Assembly: GCA_965227775.1 (NCBI GenBank)
Contig: OZ245777.1
Span: forward strand, 832,001-896,000
DNA: 64,000 nt
Origin: Phycisphaerales bacterium
Lineage (GTDB): Bacteria > Planctomycetota > Phycisphaerae > Phycisphaerales > UBA1924
Direction: 5' to 3'
In this document: positions 9,633 through 20,347 of the stretch, piece after piece
Position numbering within the stretch: the first letter of the stretch is position 1
Layout: each line of letters opens with the position of its first letter
The notes under the pieces: generated by a model
Databases searched by the model: none
The model's input: the letters and a program-made list of their open reading frames with translations, nothing else
Told to the model about the DNA's origin: nothing
Translations under genes and position numbers: made by a program

Positions 9633-11246
9633 TCAGTGGTGGTCGCGATACCCGCCGCTCGGGTCGCCCACCTCGAGCACGCTGAGCGAGTTCACCACCC
9701 GAGCCACGCCCAGCGGCCGGCCCGCGACGAGCAGCACCTGGTCCCCCGTCTGGGCCCAGTGGTGCTCGAGCAGGAACGACTCGACAACGTCGGTCCAGTC
9801 GGCCAGGCGCCCGCTCTCGGGTGGTTGCTCCAGCACAGGCCACACGCCACGCAAGAGCGCCATGCGCTGCGTCGCCGACGGCTCGCTCGACCACGCGAGG
9901 ATGGGGATGTCGAAGTCGTTCTGGCTGAGGTAGCGCGCGGTGCCGCCAAGCTGGCTCCAGCACACGATCGCCTTGGCGTCGAGGTCTTCGGCAAGGTGCC
10001 ACGCGCCGTGCGCGAGCGCGGCGGTGCGGTAGCGCGTCTGCTTCAGCCTCTGGGGCGGGCTTGCCTTGCCCTCGGCCCGCGCGAGCGCGCTCTCGGTTGC
10101 GCGCGCGATGCGCGACATCATCTCAACAACCAGCGCCGGGTGCTTACCAACGGCCGTCTCGCCCGAGAGCATGACCGCACCCGCGCGATCGAAGATCGCG
10201 TTGGCCACGTCGCTGGCTTCGGCCCTCGTCGGGATCGAGCTGTCGATCATCGTCTCGAGCATCTGCGTCGCGACGATGCACGGCTTGCCCCAGTCTCCCG
10301 CGGCCTTGATGATCCGCTTCTGCGCTGACGGCACTTCCGGGATGTCCATCTCGACGCCCAGGTCCCCGCGCGCCACCATGATGGCATCGCTCACCTCGGC
10401 GATCTGATCGATGCACGCCAGCGCCTGGGGCTTCTCGATCTTGGCGATGATCGGGATGGGCTCGCGATCGGGCGCTTCGGCCGTGATCAGGTCGCGCAGC
10501 TCTTCGATTTCCTTCGCGCTGCGCACGAACGAGAGGGCGAGATAGTCCAGCTCCTGGGCGACGGCCCACTTGACCAGCTCGCGATCGCGCTCGGTCAGCG
10601 CGGGCACCTTCATGTCGGTCTCGGGCAGGTTGATGCCCTTGCGCGTGGTCACCTTGCCGCCGACGGTCACGACGCAGCGCACGGCGTTGCCGTCCGGCTC
10701 GGCCCCCACGGCCAGCATGCGGATGGTGCCGTCGTTGATCAGCACGCGCTGGCCGGGCTGCACCTCATGCACGAGGTCGGCGTACGTGAGCGGCAACGTG
10801 GGCACCAGCTCGCAGTGGTCGCCGTCGCGCTCTTCGCGGATCTCGGCGACGCTGATCGAACGATCGAGCAGCACGTTCTGGCCCGGCACGAGGTCGATGC
10901 CGCCGCCCTCGTCGATGTCGGGCACGGTGCCCACGCGGATCTTCGGGCCGGGCAGATCCCCAAAGACGCCCACGCACACGCCCTTGGCCTTTGCGGCCTT
11001 GCGGATGGTCTCCAGCCGGGCCTTGTGCTCGTCGGTCGTGCCGTGCGAGAAATTCAGGCGGAAGACGCTGGCGCCGGCATCGATGAGCCGCTCTAGCATC
11101 GCCTGGCTCTCCGAAGCGGGGCCGATGGTGGCGACGATCTTCGTTAGCGCAGGCCGCTCGGTGCGGGGCGAAGCGCTCTCTTTCGTGTTGGCCGAGTGGG
11201 CGAGCGGGCTTTGGGCCATGGGCGCTTGGTCGAGCTGGGTTGGCAC
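9633..11246 (-). CDS. pyk: Pyruvate kinase
   Basis: TKIVATIGPAS, RLNFSHG, IIAKIE, MVARGDLGVE, ATQMLETM, MLSGETA. Confidence 0.97.
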   Translation of the reverse strand: MPTQLDQAPMAQSPLAHSANTKESASPRTERPALTKIVATIGPASESQAMLERLIDAGASVFRLNFSHGTTDEHKARLETIRKAAKAKGVCVGVFGDLPGPKIRVGTVPDIDEGGGIDLVPGQNVLLDRSISVAEIREERDGDHCELVPTLPLTYADLVHEVQPGQRVLINDGTIRMLAVGAEPDGNAVRCVVTVGGKVTTRKGINLPETDMKVPALTERDRELVKWAVAQELDYLALSFVRSAKEIEELRDLITAEAPDREPIPIIAKIEKPQALACIDQIAEVSDAIMVARGDLGVEMDIPEVPSAQKRIIKAAGDWGKPCIVATQMLETMIDSSIPTRAEASDVANAIFDRAGAVMLSGETAVGKHPALVVEMMSRIARATESALARAEGKASPPQRLKQTRYRTAALAHGAWHLAEDLDAKAIVCWSQLGGTARYLSQNDFDIPILAWSSEPSATQRMALLRGVWPVLEQPPESGRLADWTDVVESFLLEHHWAQTGDQVLLVAGRPLGVARVVNSLSVLEVGDPSGGYRDHH

Positions 11247-11267
11247 GGGTTCCGTCCTTCCGATAAG

Positions 11268-12824
11268 TCAGTCGGGCTGGGAGCGAGCCTCGAGCTCCAC
11301 CACCTCCTTGTATCGGTCACGGAAGAAGCGGGTATAGGCGATTCTGGCCTCGGCCGCCGCCTCGGGGTCCCGCCACACATTGCGGACTGCCTTGTAGTTT
11401 GCTTCGTTGAACGGCAGCTGCACGGCCTGCCCATCGTCGCCCACAACGAGCTGCGTCGGGAACGCGTAGAACGCTTCCTCAGCCTCCGCAAGTACCGGGG
11501 CCCACGCGGGATCTTCGGCGGCACGATCGCGCAATCGCCAGAGCGCGGCCCAGGCTTCCTGCAATTCATCGTCGCTATCTACACCGAAAGCGCCCATCAT
11601 GACCGGTATGGCCGACCGCCAGCCACGCGAGGGCACGTCGGCCGCCGCAGCAAACGGATCAACAGGATCGATGCAGCGATCCGCGTACTGCTCGTACATC
11701 ACGCGACGGACCGGCGCCCGACGCAGCTCGTACTTGATCGGCCCGGTTGGCATCGGGCCCGACTGATCCGGATTGGCCGGAAACTGCCACAGGCTCTGGG
11801 CCTGCTCGGTCAGACAGAACTCAACGAATCTTCGCGCAACTTCGGGGTGCGGGCCGCCCCGCAAGATCGAAACCGGGTCGGCATCGATGTACACCGCGCC
11901 CACCGGATCGACGTAACCCACGCGGCTGGACTCGGGCGGCGCCCCCGGAGCCGTGACGGCCTGCGCCTGGGTGCGGCCGTAGAAGTCGATCGCCAGGCCC
12001 GCCATCGCCTCACCCGCAGCAACGTCGAGCGGTGGCTTCGTGGCCGCGCTCGTGAAGTAGCGCGTGTTAGCGGCCATCTCGCGCAGGATGCGCCAGCCCT
12101 CGTCCCAGCCGTATGCGTTCTGGATCGACTCGAACGTCGTGGTGATCGAGCCGCTCTGCCTCGGGTCGGCCAGTGCGACGAGGCCCCTGAGCCGCGGGTC
12201 GGTCAGGTCTCTAAAGCCGGTGGGCGTTTCCATGCCCGCTTGCTCGTACAGGTCCTTGTTGAAGATGATGCCGAAGCCCGAGAGGGCGGTGCCGATCCAG
12301 TACTGCTCCTTGTCGTAGAGCAGCTGATTGCCGATCTTGTTCTCGCCGAACCACTCGTCGAGCTGCTGCTGCGTGAAGCCCGCGGGCACGCTGATGGGCA
12401 CCTCGATCTCTTCGCCTTCGATGGTCGCGGTAAACCCATCGCGCATCTGCCCGTGCTCGTAGCTGCCGCCGCCAAAGAGCAGGTCGAAGCCCATGCGTCC
12501 CGGCTCGATGACGACCTCGCCGTCGACGAGCTGGTACTCGTCGTTGCGGATGGCCGCCTGGTACTGATCGATCAGCAGGCGGCGGATCTCGCTCGTGCCG
12601 CCCGGAGCGCGCCAGTCGATGACAACACGCTGGCCGAACTTGGCCTCGTGCCACTCGTTGAACGCGCGCTCGTATTCGAAGCGGATCTGCTCGGTGTGCG
12701 GCGTGATGATGACGAGCGCCAGCGCGTCGTCATCTTGCACGTCATCTCCGGCGGGTCGAACGAGCCAGGGCATGGCCAACAGGATGGCCAGAAGCACACC
12801 AAGGATTCCCACCGTCCATCGCAT
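11268..12824 (-). CDS. ABC transporter substrate-binding protein (Fe3+/thiamine-like cluster), orphan
   Basis: N-terminal anchor, LVIITPH, DLLFGGG, LADPRQSGS, ARRFVEF. Confidence 0.85.
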   Translation of the reverse strand: MRWTVGILGVLLAILLAMPWLVRPAGDDVQDDDALALVIITPHTEQIRFEYERAFNEWHEAKFGQRVVIDWRAPGGTSEIRRLLIDQYQAAIRNDEYQLVDGEVVIEPGRMGFDLLFGGGSYEHGQMRDGFTATIEGEEIEVPISVPAGFTQQQLDEWFGENKIGNQLLYDKEQYWIGTALSGFGIIFNKDLYEQAGMETPTGFRDLTDPRLRGLVALADPRQSGSITTTFESIQNAYGWDEGWRILREMAANTRYFTSAATKPPLDVAAGEAMAGLAIDFYGRTQAQAVTAPGAPPESSRVGYVDPVGAVYIDADPVSILRGGPHPEVARRFVEFCLTEQAQSLWQFPANPDQSGPMPTGPIKYELRRAPVRRVMYEQYADRCIDPVDPFAAAADVPSRGWRSAIPVMMGAFGVDSDDELQEAWAALWRLRDRAAEDPAWAPVLAEAEEAFYAFPTQLVVGDDGQAVQLPFNEANYKAVRNVWRDPEAAAEARIAYTRFFRDRYKEVVELEARSQPD

Positions 12825-12846
12825 GCTGCCAGTCTACGCTGAGGCG
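12825..12846. promoter_or_regulatory. Overlapping divergent -10 elements (probable leaderless promoters)
   Basis: TAGACT (minus, 12831-12836) and TACGCT (plus, 12835-12840), each 6 nt from an ATG. Confidence 0.6.
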
Positions 12847-13575
12847 ATGACCAGCCCATCTCGACCGACCCCAGACAACACAACCAAGGCCGCCATCATC
12901 ACCGGCGGCACCGCGGGCATCGGCCTGGCGACGGCGAAAGCCCTGATCGAGCGCGGCTGGCGGGTCCTCATCGTCGGGCGAGACCCCAAGCGGCTGGGCG
13001 AGGCCCTCGACGCCCTGGGCGGAAACGCCCAGGGAACCAGCGCCGACGTGGGCAAGCCCGCCGGCCCGGGCGCCATCGTCGCCGCCTGCATGAAGGCCTT
13101 TGGCCGCATGGACGCACTCGTCAACAACGCCGGCGTCGCACCCCTCGTGCCGCTTGCCCAGCACACGCCTGGCCTCATCGATCAGTGCTTCGCGACCAAC
13201 GCCGTCGGGCCGGCCAAGCTCATCCTCGCGGCGTGGCCGCACCTGTCGGTCACCAAGGGCCGCGTGGTGAACGTCTCGTCGATGGCCACGCGCGACCCCT
13301 ACCCGGGCTTCTTCGGATACGCCGCAAGCAAGGCGGGCGTCGAGCTCATGGTCAAGAGCATCGCCAACGAGGGCAAGGCCGCGGGCATCAAGGGCTTCGC
13401 CGTTGCACCGGGCGCGACCGAGACGGCCATGTTCCGCGCGATCTTCGACGAGTCGGCCGTACCGAGCAAGGACGTGCTCGATCCGGCAACCGTCGCCAGC
13501 CTCATCGCCGACTGCGCAACGGGCCAGCGAGACCAAGACAACGGCAAGGCCATCGAGATCGTGCCGGGCGAATGA
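12847..13575 (+). CDS. SDR family oxidoreductase
   Basis: TGGTAGIG, VNNAG, NVSS, YAASK. Confidence 0.93.
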   Translation: MTSPSRPTPDNTTKAAIITGGTAGIGLATAKALIERGWRVLIVGRDPKRLGEALDALGGNAQGTSADVGKPAGPGAIVAACMKAFGRMDALVNNAGVAPLVPLAQHTPGLIDQCFATNAVGPAKLILAAWPHLSVTKGRVVNVSSMATRDPYPGFFGYAASKAGVELMVKSIANEGKAAGIKGFAVAPGATETAMFRAIFDESAVPSKDVLDPATVASLIADCATGQRDQDNGKAIEIVPGE

Positions 13576-13584
13576 ACTGATCGC

Positions 13585-16500
13585 CTACTCGAACCGCAGC
13601 ACAACCGTGCGCTGGCCGGTCGAGATGATGCCGTAGCCGTCGACGAGGCGCACCTCGCGTGGCGGCTCGGGCAGCAGGATGGCGCGCGTTCCGGTGACCT
13701 TGGCCGAGGTCGTGTCGACCGTCGAGACGATGTACTCGCCCTGCTCGTTGTTGATCGAGAAGCTGCGACGGGGCACGAGCAGCACGCGGTCATCGCCCAG
13801 CGCGGGCGGCAGCTTCTCGTTGCTGCGCTCGTTAGCGCCACGCAACGCGTCGCGGCCGGCGATCTGGCCGTCGCCGTCGAGCACGGTGACGCCGCCCGTG
13901 GTCATCACGACCACACGCTCGCCCTGCCGCGCGAGCCTGGGCACCTCGCCGTCGCCAAGCGAGAGCATGAGCGGGCGGCTGTCGAAGACCCCCGTCTGGG
14001 CCTTGCCCATAGACAGGTCGCCGCGCGGCGTCATGACCAGCACGGCATCGCCGATCACCCAGCCGAGGGCGGCATTGAGCGCCGCGTCATCGGCACTGGT
14101 CCACATCCGGCGTCCTTCGATGCCTTGCTCGTCGGCGTCGAAGGCCATCACTGAGCTGTGCATGCCAACGACGATCGAGCCGTCGCCCACGGCAGCAAGC
14201 CAACGCGGCGGTTCTTCCAGGCTCGTCCGTCGCACCTGCTCGGCGCCCTGCGGCCCGAAGCCCCAGAGCGTGAGCGACTCTGCCGCGCCCGCGCGATCGG
14301 AGCCCGGCGGCTCGGTCGAGCCCATGACCCACACGCGCCCGCCCGCCACGGCAACGTCCATCGCGGTTCCGATACCGGGCCTGCCCGAGAAGAGCAGCTC
14401 ACCGCTGGTCGCATCGAGCACGGCGAGCAATCCGTCTCGCCGAGCAACGCCGATATGCGTTCCGTCGCTCGCGACGATCCAGCCGAGCGGGTCGGCCTGC
14501 TGGCCGGTCGCCATGAGCGCCGTCACGCGCGGGTCATCGCCGCCGAGGTTCGCCGCTCGATCGCCCTCGTCGAAGAGCTCGATCATCGGGCCGCTGCGCC
14601 AATCCGTCGCATCGAACAGCGAGACCGATCGCAGCTCAGGCCCGCGTGGCGTTTGCCACACGAACAGTGCGTTTCGCCGATCCTGGCGGAGCAGCGTCGG
14701 GGGGCGCGCCGGGTCGAACGCCGACGTCCAGATCATCTCCAGCGGGCCTTCCGGGTCGGCCTCGAAGGGCTCGCCCTCGATCGGCCCCAGGTCTGGCGCG
14801 AGCGCCCACACGCCCACGAGGTGCCGCGCGTGCAGCACCACGTGCTCGGGCACCGCCGTCTCGACGACCGAGGCCACCGGCGACAGGAGATGCCAGCCGT
14901 CCAGGCGCTGGCTGACCTCGACCGGTCGTGCGCCAAGGCGCGGACCGCGATCGCGGCTTGCGAATCGCGCTGCGAGCGACTCCATATCGGGCGCGTCCAT
15001 CGAGTCGATGGGTGACACCGCCTTGAGCTGCCGCACGACTCGGCCTGCCGCCGCGACATGATCGGTCTCGGCCAGCGCGCGCGCCAGGTGGGCGCCCAGC
15101 GAGGCGACATCGTGCCCGCTCACGGGACCTGCGCTCGTGCGGATCAGCCGCGCAATGTCGAGTGCGCGGCGCCAGGCGCGGGCTGCCCGCGTGCGATCGC
15201 TCCGCTGCTCGGCGTGCCGCGCGACCTGCTCGTACGCCCGCATCGCCGCGACCGACACAGGTAATCGCATCGCGAGATCCAACCGGTCGGCGTCGCCTTC
15301 CAGGCCTTCGACCATGTTCGCCAGCGCTTCGGCGGCGTCGGCTTCGAACGGCTCGATGACCTCGTACCCGTGCAAGGGCAGCAGCTTGTGCAGGCGTCGC
15401 GTGGCGATTACGCCGGCAGGCTCAGGCTGCTCGCCGATGCCCGCGGTGCGTAGTGACGCGTCGGCCAGCACGTCGAGGTAGGCCCGTGCCGACGCATCGG
15501 GTCGTTCCTGGCGATCGCGCAGCTCCGCGATGGTGAGCAGCGCGCGAGCCGTGCCCTTCGCTTCGACGGCCGCGGCCAGGGTCAGTCGTGCGAGATCGTC
15601 GGCCAGCTCGTCGTCACGATCCGCCGCGTCGCGCTTGGTCATGCGAAGCGTCATAGAGAGCAACGCCTCGAACAGCCGGCGCTGCTCGCCGCGCGCAACA
15701 CGCAGCGCGGTCTCGCCCTCGGCACCCGCTTCGGCGATGGCCTCGAGCGCGCGCTCGGCCGCACCCGGCACCGCCTCGGGCACGTCGCGGCGATCGGCCA
15801 GCAGCACCAGGCTGACCAATGAAGTGACGTCCTCGGGGTTGTCGCGCAGCCGATCCGTGAGCGCCATTGCGGCGACATCGGCGCTCATCACGCTCTCGAG
15901 CACGCCCGGATCGACCACCACAACCTGATCGCTCGTCGTCACCACGCTGCCCGCCCTGGGCAACGAGATGATCGGGCCAGCGACCTCGCCGTCGGTCGGG
16001 TCAAGCAGCAGCGCGCGATCGGCAGACGGCACGAGCAAGAGACCGCCCGCCGCCATCGCGCGACCGGTGATGTTCGCGTCCAACCCGTCGGCCAGCTCCA
16101 GCCGATCCATCACGTTCTGGCCCGTGCGCACGTCGCCCGGCTCGAAGAACCAGACCGAGTTGAGGCCCACCGCCGCGACGTGATCGCCCACGCCAACGAT
16201 GTAGTCGGCATCGCCCAGAGCCGCCGTGGCGATGCGGCCGATCTGTTCGCCCGTGCGGCGGTCAAGGTGGTAGATCATCTCTTGCTGGTCGACCAGCGTT
16301 ACCACCGAGTCGCCGACGACCACCGGCGGGCGCACCATCCACGCACCGGTGGATGAGCGGCGTGTGAATTGCTGACGCGTGTCGAACCGCCGCAGCCACA
16401 CGGGTCGCCCGTCGTGCGCGTCGACCGCACCCACCACGCCCATCGGGTCGTACCAGTACACGAGCCCATGATGCAGCACGCCGCCAGCGCCAACGGTGCG

Positions 16501-17880
16501 GTTCGAACGGCTCCAGCCCGTGCCGGCGCTACCGAGCGGGCGCATCCACACCGGCTCGCCCGTCAGAGAATCGAGCCCGACGAGCGCCGTCGCGACCTGC
16601 CTGCCCGAGCGATTGTCTTCGCGCAGGCCGAAGATGACGCGGCCCTCGTCCGCCACCGGCCCGCCGCGCACGTTCGCCAGCGCGTAGCGCGAATCGATGT
16701 TGCGCGTATCGGTCACCCACAAGCGCTCGCCGCTCTCCAGATCGACCGCCATGATGCCCGCAGCCAAATCCGGCGCGTTGCTCATGTGCAGGCCCATCGA
16801 GGCGTACGCCGCCCGCGCATCGACCGCGACCGTGCTGGGAGACTCGATCGAGCGCCACTTCTGCGGCTCGCGGCGATCGTTGGCCATGTCGCGCTTGGCG
16901 CCCTCGTCGCTCAAGAGCGACGCGCGCCAGCGCAGCCGCAGCGAGAAGCGATCCCACGCCGACAGCGTCGGACCGTCGTTGATCAGGATCGAATCGCCCG
17001 CGATGGTGGGCAGCAGCCAGAAGCCGCCGCCCTTGGGCTCGATCGGCGGAGGCTCGGGAAGCTCGTCCCCCGGCCCGGGCGCAAGGTCCTCATCGATCGC
17101 TTGCGACCAGGGCTGCTCGCCCGGCAGGTACGGCGGACGCTGCCCGCCCGAGAGCGTGCTGGCGTCGAGGCGCGTTACCGACGCGGGCTTTGGAATCTCC
17201 AGCGCGGCGTAGTCGGCCGGGCCAAGCCCCGCCTCGGCGCGCCATCGATTCGCGTGTGCGCGTAGCTCGCTGTCGTCGAGCTGCGCTGACACGAGCGTCA
17301 GTAACTCGACCGCCCGTGTATCGCCCACGCGATCGGGGTGGCCCTCGAGCTGCAGCAGCGCGTGCGCCGCCGCCCAGAAGCGTGCAAGCCCATACCGCTC
17401 CCGCGCGACGGCGAGCGCGGCGTTGTATCCCGCCGGCGTCAAGAGGTAGCTGTGCTCGACCTCGAGGTACCGGCCCTGCACGGTGAGCCGCTGCGCTCGG
17501 GCCGAGAACTCGAGGCGGTAGCGCTCCAGCAGCGCGGGCTCGGCCAGCAGGCGGGCGTGGATGGCGTCGCGCACCGAGACGAACAGGTCCTCGTCGTTCT
17601 CGCTGGGCACCAGGCGATCGGGCCCGGTCTCGAGCGAGGCCTGCAGCGAACGAACGGCCTCGGCCTCATTACCGGCCCGAAGAAGCGACGGCAGCGACCG
17701 CAGCGTGCTCTGCGTGGCCGTCGAGTCGTCAACGTAGATGCTGCTGGTCTCGGCCTGGCCCAGTGCGGGCACCACGAACGACGAGAGCGCAAGCCCGGCC
17801 GCTACCGCGAGCCCGAGTGCACGTCGCCGCTTGCTGTACGTGATCACCGTAATCGGACCTCCAACTCCGTCCATACGCAC
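13585..17880 (-). CDS. Large secreted PQQ-like (BamB-type) beta-propeller protein with central helical/TPR-like region
   Basis: Signal peptide; repeats DLESGERLW, DSLTGEPVW, DAHDGRPVW; helical middle; second propeller at C-terminus. Confidence 0.8.
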   Translation of the reverse strand: MRMDGVGGPITVITYSKRRRALGLAVAAGLALSSFVVPALGQAETSSIYVDDSTATQSTLRSLPSLLRAGNEAEAVRSLQASLETGPDRLVPSENDEDLFVSVRDAIHARLLAEPALLERYRLEFSARAQRLTVQGRYLEVEHSYLLTPAGYNAALAVARERYGLARFWAAAHALLQLEGHPDRVGDTRAVELLTLVSAQLDDSELRAHANRWRAEAGLGPADYAALEIPKPASVTRLDASTLSGGQRPPYLPGEQPWSQAIDEDLAPGPGDELPEPPPIEPKGGGFWLLPTIAGDSILINDGPTLSAWDRFSLRLRWRASLLSDEGAKRDMANDRREPQKWRSIESPSTVAVDARAAYASMGLHMSNAPDLAAGIMAVDLESGERLWVTDTRNIDSRYALANVRGGPVADEGRVIFGLREDNRSGRQVATALVGLDSLTGEPVWMRPLGSAGTGWSRSNRTVGAGGVLHHGLVYWYDPMGVVGAVDAHDGRPVWLRRFDTRQQFTRRSSTGAWMVRPPVVVGDSVVTLVDQQEMIYHLDRRTGEQIGRIATAALGDADYIVGVGDHVAAVGLNSVWFFEPGDVRTGQNVMDRLELADGLDANITGRAMAAGGLLLVPSADRALLLDPTDGEVAGPIISLPRAGSVVTTSDQVVVVDPGVLESVMSADVAAMALTDRLRDNPEDVTSLVSLVLLADRRDVPEAVPGAAERALEAIAEAGAEGETALRVARGEQRRLFEALLSMTLRMTKRDAADRDDELADDLARLTLAAAVEAKGTARALLTIAELRDRQERPDASARAYLDVLADASLRTAGIGEQPEPAGVIATRRLHKLLPLHGYEVIEPFEADAAEALANMVEGLEGDADRLDLAMRLPVSVAAMRAYEQVARHAEQRSDRTRAARAWRRALDIARLIRTSAGPVSGHDVASLGAHLARALAETDHVAAAGRVVRQLKAVSPIDSMDAPDMESLAARFASRDRGPRLGARPVEVSQRLDGWHLLSPVASVVETAVPEHVVLHARHLVGVWALAPDLGPIEGEPFEADPEGPLEMIWTSAFDPARPPTLLRQDRRNALFVWQTPRGPELRSVSLFDATDWRSGPMIELFDEGDRAANLGGDDPRVTALMATGQQADPLGWIVASDGTHIGVARRDGLLAVLDATSGELLFSGRPGIGTAMDVAVAGGRVWVMGSTEPPGSDRAGAAESLTLWGFGPQGAEQVRRTSLEEPPRWLAAVGDGSIVVGMHSSVMAFDADEQGIEGRRMWTSADDAALNAALGWVIGDAVLVMTPRGDLSMGKAQTGVFDSRPLMLSLGDGEVPRLARQGERVVVMTTGGVTVLDGDGQIAGRDALRGANERSNEKLPPALGDDRVLLVPRRSFSINNEQGEYIVSTVDTTSAKVTGTRAILLPEPPREVRLVDGYGIISTGQRTVVLRFE

Positions 17881-18029
17881 GGCAGACCTTGCCTGATCGG
17901 CTCAGCCGGCCGCCGGGGCCAGTCTAACCCGCCCAACCCAACCCATTTCGATGCGCCACGGGCCGCACGCCCTGCACCCTTCGCCCGCCCGGCCCGATGC
18001 CTCCTGACGCAGGGACGGGGGCCTTCTTC

Positions 18030-18557
18030 ATGACACAATCCGCAGCGGTGTCGGCGACGCGATCGCCTCGCTTCTCGGACGCGCTCTCCAACGCGGGGAA
18101 TCCCACCGCGTCCTGGGTGCGATGGAAGCCCCGATGGATCCGCATGCCGCTGCGCGAGCAGTGGCTGAGCCCCGAGCTCAGGGCTCGCCGAGTGAACCTC
18201 TTCCTGCTCGCGATCGTGTTCCTCAGCCTGGCTGATCTTGCGATGACGCTCGACCACATGGTGGGGCCGGGCATGTACGAGAGCAACCCGCTGGCGCGGT
18301 ACATTCTGCAGTTCGGCACGCCCGCAACGCTGGCGATGTTCAAGTGCATGACGCTGCTGCTGGGCACGTGGCTGCTATGGCGCACGCGTCGCAGCCTGGC
18401 GAGCGAGATCGGCGCCATCCTGTGCATGGTCGTGCTGACGTGGCTCATGTTCCGCTGGAACCACTACAGCGCCGAGATGACCGCGCTCACGCCGCACCTG
18501 GCCGAGATCCAGATCTACCACAGCGACAGCTGGGTCGCGGTTACGTCCGACCCGTAA
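18030..18557 (+). CDS. DUF5658-like membrane protein
   Basis: LSLADLAMT...ESNPLARY...MFK motif with hydrophobic helices. Confidence 0.75.
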   Translation: MTQSAAVSATRSPRFSDALSNAGNPTASWVRWKPRWIRMPLREQWLSPELRARRVNLFLLAIVFLSLADLAMTLDHMVGPGMYESNPLARYILQFGTPATLAMFKCMTLLLGTWLLWRTRRSLASEIGAILCMVVLTWLMFRWNHYSAEMTALTPHLAEIQIYHSDSWVAVTSDP

Positions 18558-19557
18558 CCGCGCCGCGCGCCTCCAGGCACGCCATCCGCACCGCAACACC
18601 AAGGGACACCTGCCGCGTGATGATCGACCGTGGCGAACCCATGACGTCCGCGTCGATCTCCACACCCGGATTGGCCGGCCCAGGGTGCATGATGACCGCG
18701 CCCGCCTTGAGCACGCCAGTTCGCTCGGCCGTGAGCCCGAAATTCTGGCGATAGGCCGCGTCTGCCCCCGCAGCATCAAGATCGCTGCCTCCACGCTCGT
18801 GCTGGATGCGAAGGGCCATCACCGCGTCGGCTTCACGCAGCGCCCCCTCGAAGCTCTCGACGACCGTACCGCCTGCGGACGCCGCGACGTTTGCATCGAC
18901 GTCCGGACCGGCAACCAGCACGCGCGCACCGAGCGCCGCCATACAGGGCCCGCTCGAGCGTGCGACGCGCGACCGAGCGACATCGCCCACGATCAGCACC
19001 GTCAGCCCGTCGAGATCGAGCGAGTCCAGCCGCTTGTGCGCCTCGGCGAGCGCGAGCGTGTCGAGCAGGCCCTGCGTCGGGTGCTCGCCGTCACCCGCAC
19101 CAGCGTTCAGGATCGGCATGCGAACGGCCTGGGCCACTTCCAGCACGTCTTCGGTCTGGTTCGCCCGCACGACCAGCCGGCTGACGCCCATCGCCTCGAC
19201 CGTGCGCGCCGTGTCGGCCAGGGTCTCGCCCTTGCTGAGCGAGCTTCCACGATCGGTCAGTTCGATGATGCGCCCGCCGAGCCGGTGCACCGCCATCGCG
19301 AAGCTGAGCCGCGTGCGCGTCGAGTCTTCGAAGAACAGCAGCCCGATGACCTGGCCACGGAGCGTTTGCCCGACGTCGAACGGGTCCTCGTCGAGCGCCC
19401 AGATGTGTTGACGCGCGCGAGAGAGCAACCGACGCAGCACGTCGGGCCTCAGGTCTCGTAATCGGATGAGGTCCTTGCCGGGCATGACGCCCGACAGCGC
19501 GTGCGCGCCGATGATTCCCGATGCCGGCTCGCCCGAGCCGCTCGCGCGCACGCCCAT
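18541..19557 (-). CDS. pyrB: Aspartate carbamoyltransferase catalytic subunit
   Basis: FFEDSTRTRLSF, SKGETLADT, HPTQGLLD, RIQHER, MHPGP. Confidence 0.95.
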   Translation of the reverse strand: MGVRASGSGEPASGIIGAHALSGVMPGKDLIRLRDLRPDVLRRLLSRARQHIWALDEDPFDVGQTLRGQVIGLLFFEDSTRTRLSFAMAVHRLGGRIIELTDRGSSLSKGETLADTARTVEAMGVSRLVVRANQTEDVLEVAQAVRMPILNAGAGDGEHPTQGLLDTLALAEAHKRLDSLDLDGLTVLIVGDVARSRVARSSGPCMAALGARVLVAGPDVDANVAASAGGTVVESFEGALREADAVMALRIQHERGGSDLDAAGADAAYRQNFGLTAERTGVLKAGAVIMHPGPANPGVEIDADVMGSPRSIITRQVSLGVAVRMACLEARGAVTGRT

Positions 19558-19565
19558 GGCCTTGC

Positions 19566-20324
19566 TCAGCCCTCGCCCGGCTCGTCGCTCGGGTCGGCAC
19601 TCGGGGCGTCACTTGGCTCGGCAGCGGGCTCTTCGGGCGCTTCAGCACCCTCAGACATGTCGGGCGACTCGTCCTCGCTCGGCGCCGGCGCCGAGGCCGG
19701 CACGCCGCTCGGGCGCACCTGCTCGATGGGGTTGAGCGAGGGCGTCTGGATCACTCCGGGCGTGAACCGCTCGACCCACGCCACGCGCCAGGGTCGGAAG
19801 CCGCCTTCGAGGCGCACCGAATAGCCCTGGTACGCCTCGTCGTTGGTTAGCTCGGCCCGGTCGAGCTCATCGACGCCGAAGATGGGGCGGAGGATGTCGA
19901 TGTACGCGGTGTCGGTGCGGATCTTCACGCCCGCGACGTGGTACACCGGCAGGTTCATCGAGCCCTCGCCCAGCGGCACTACCAGCCGATCGACACCGGG
20001 CTCGGCCTCGACGTCTCGCGCCACGCGGCGGTAGACCCCGGGGCTCACCTGGCCGCTGGGCAGGTTGATCGCGACGCGCTGGTTCTCGCTGCCACGGGGC
20101 GGATAGTCGGCGATCACGCGGGCCAGCGCCAGCATCATGGTCTGATTTACCGCCGCGCTATCGCGGGCAGGCACCCGGTCAGAAGGCTCGCTGGGCGGCC
20201 AGGTCTGCCAGCCCGCGCAGCCCGGCATGGCGGTAACCACGCCCAAGAGCAGCCCGACCAGCAGACCCCCCTTCGCCAACCCGCGCCGCGTCCTCGCTTG
20301 CCCGACTCGTGCTCGTCCTGCCAC
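19566..20324 (-). CDS. Hypothetical lipoprotein with acidic C-terminal tail
   Basis: Basic N-terminus, hydrophobic stretch, PGC lipobox; GGAGG upstream of GTG. Confidence 0.7.
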   Translation of the reverse strand: MAGRARVGQARTRRGLAKGGLLVGLLLGVVTAMPGCAGWQTWPPSEPSDRVPARDSAAVNQTMMLALARVIADYPPRGSENQRVAINLPSGQVSPGVYRRVARDVEAEPGVDRLVVPLGEGSMNLPVYHVAGVKIRTDTAYIDILRPIFGVDELDRAELTNDEAYQGYSVRLEGGFRPWRVAWVERFTPGVIQTPSLNPIEQVRPSGVPASAPAPSEDESPDMSEGAEAPEEPAAEPSDAPSADPSDEPGEG

Positions 20325-20347
20325 GATGTCCTCCGTCCGCTAGGGCT

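Noticed and set aside
6281..9685. 1134-aa plus-strand ORF
   Set aside because: Antisense shadow of two well-supported minus-strand genes; no motifs; expected in high-GC DNA
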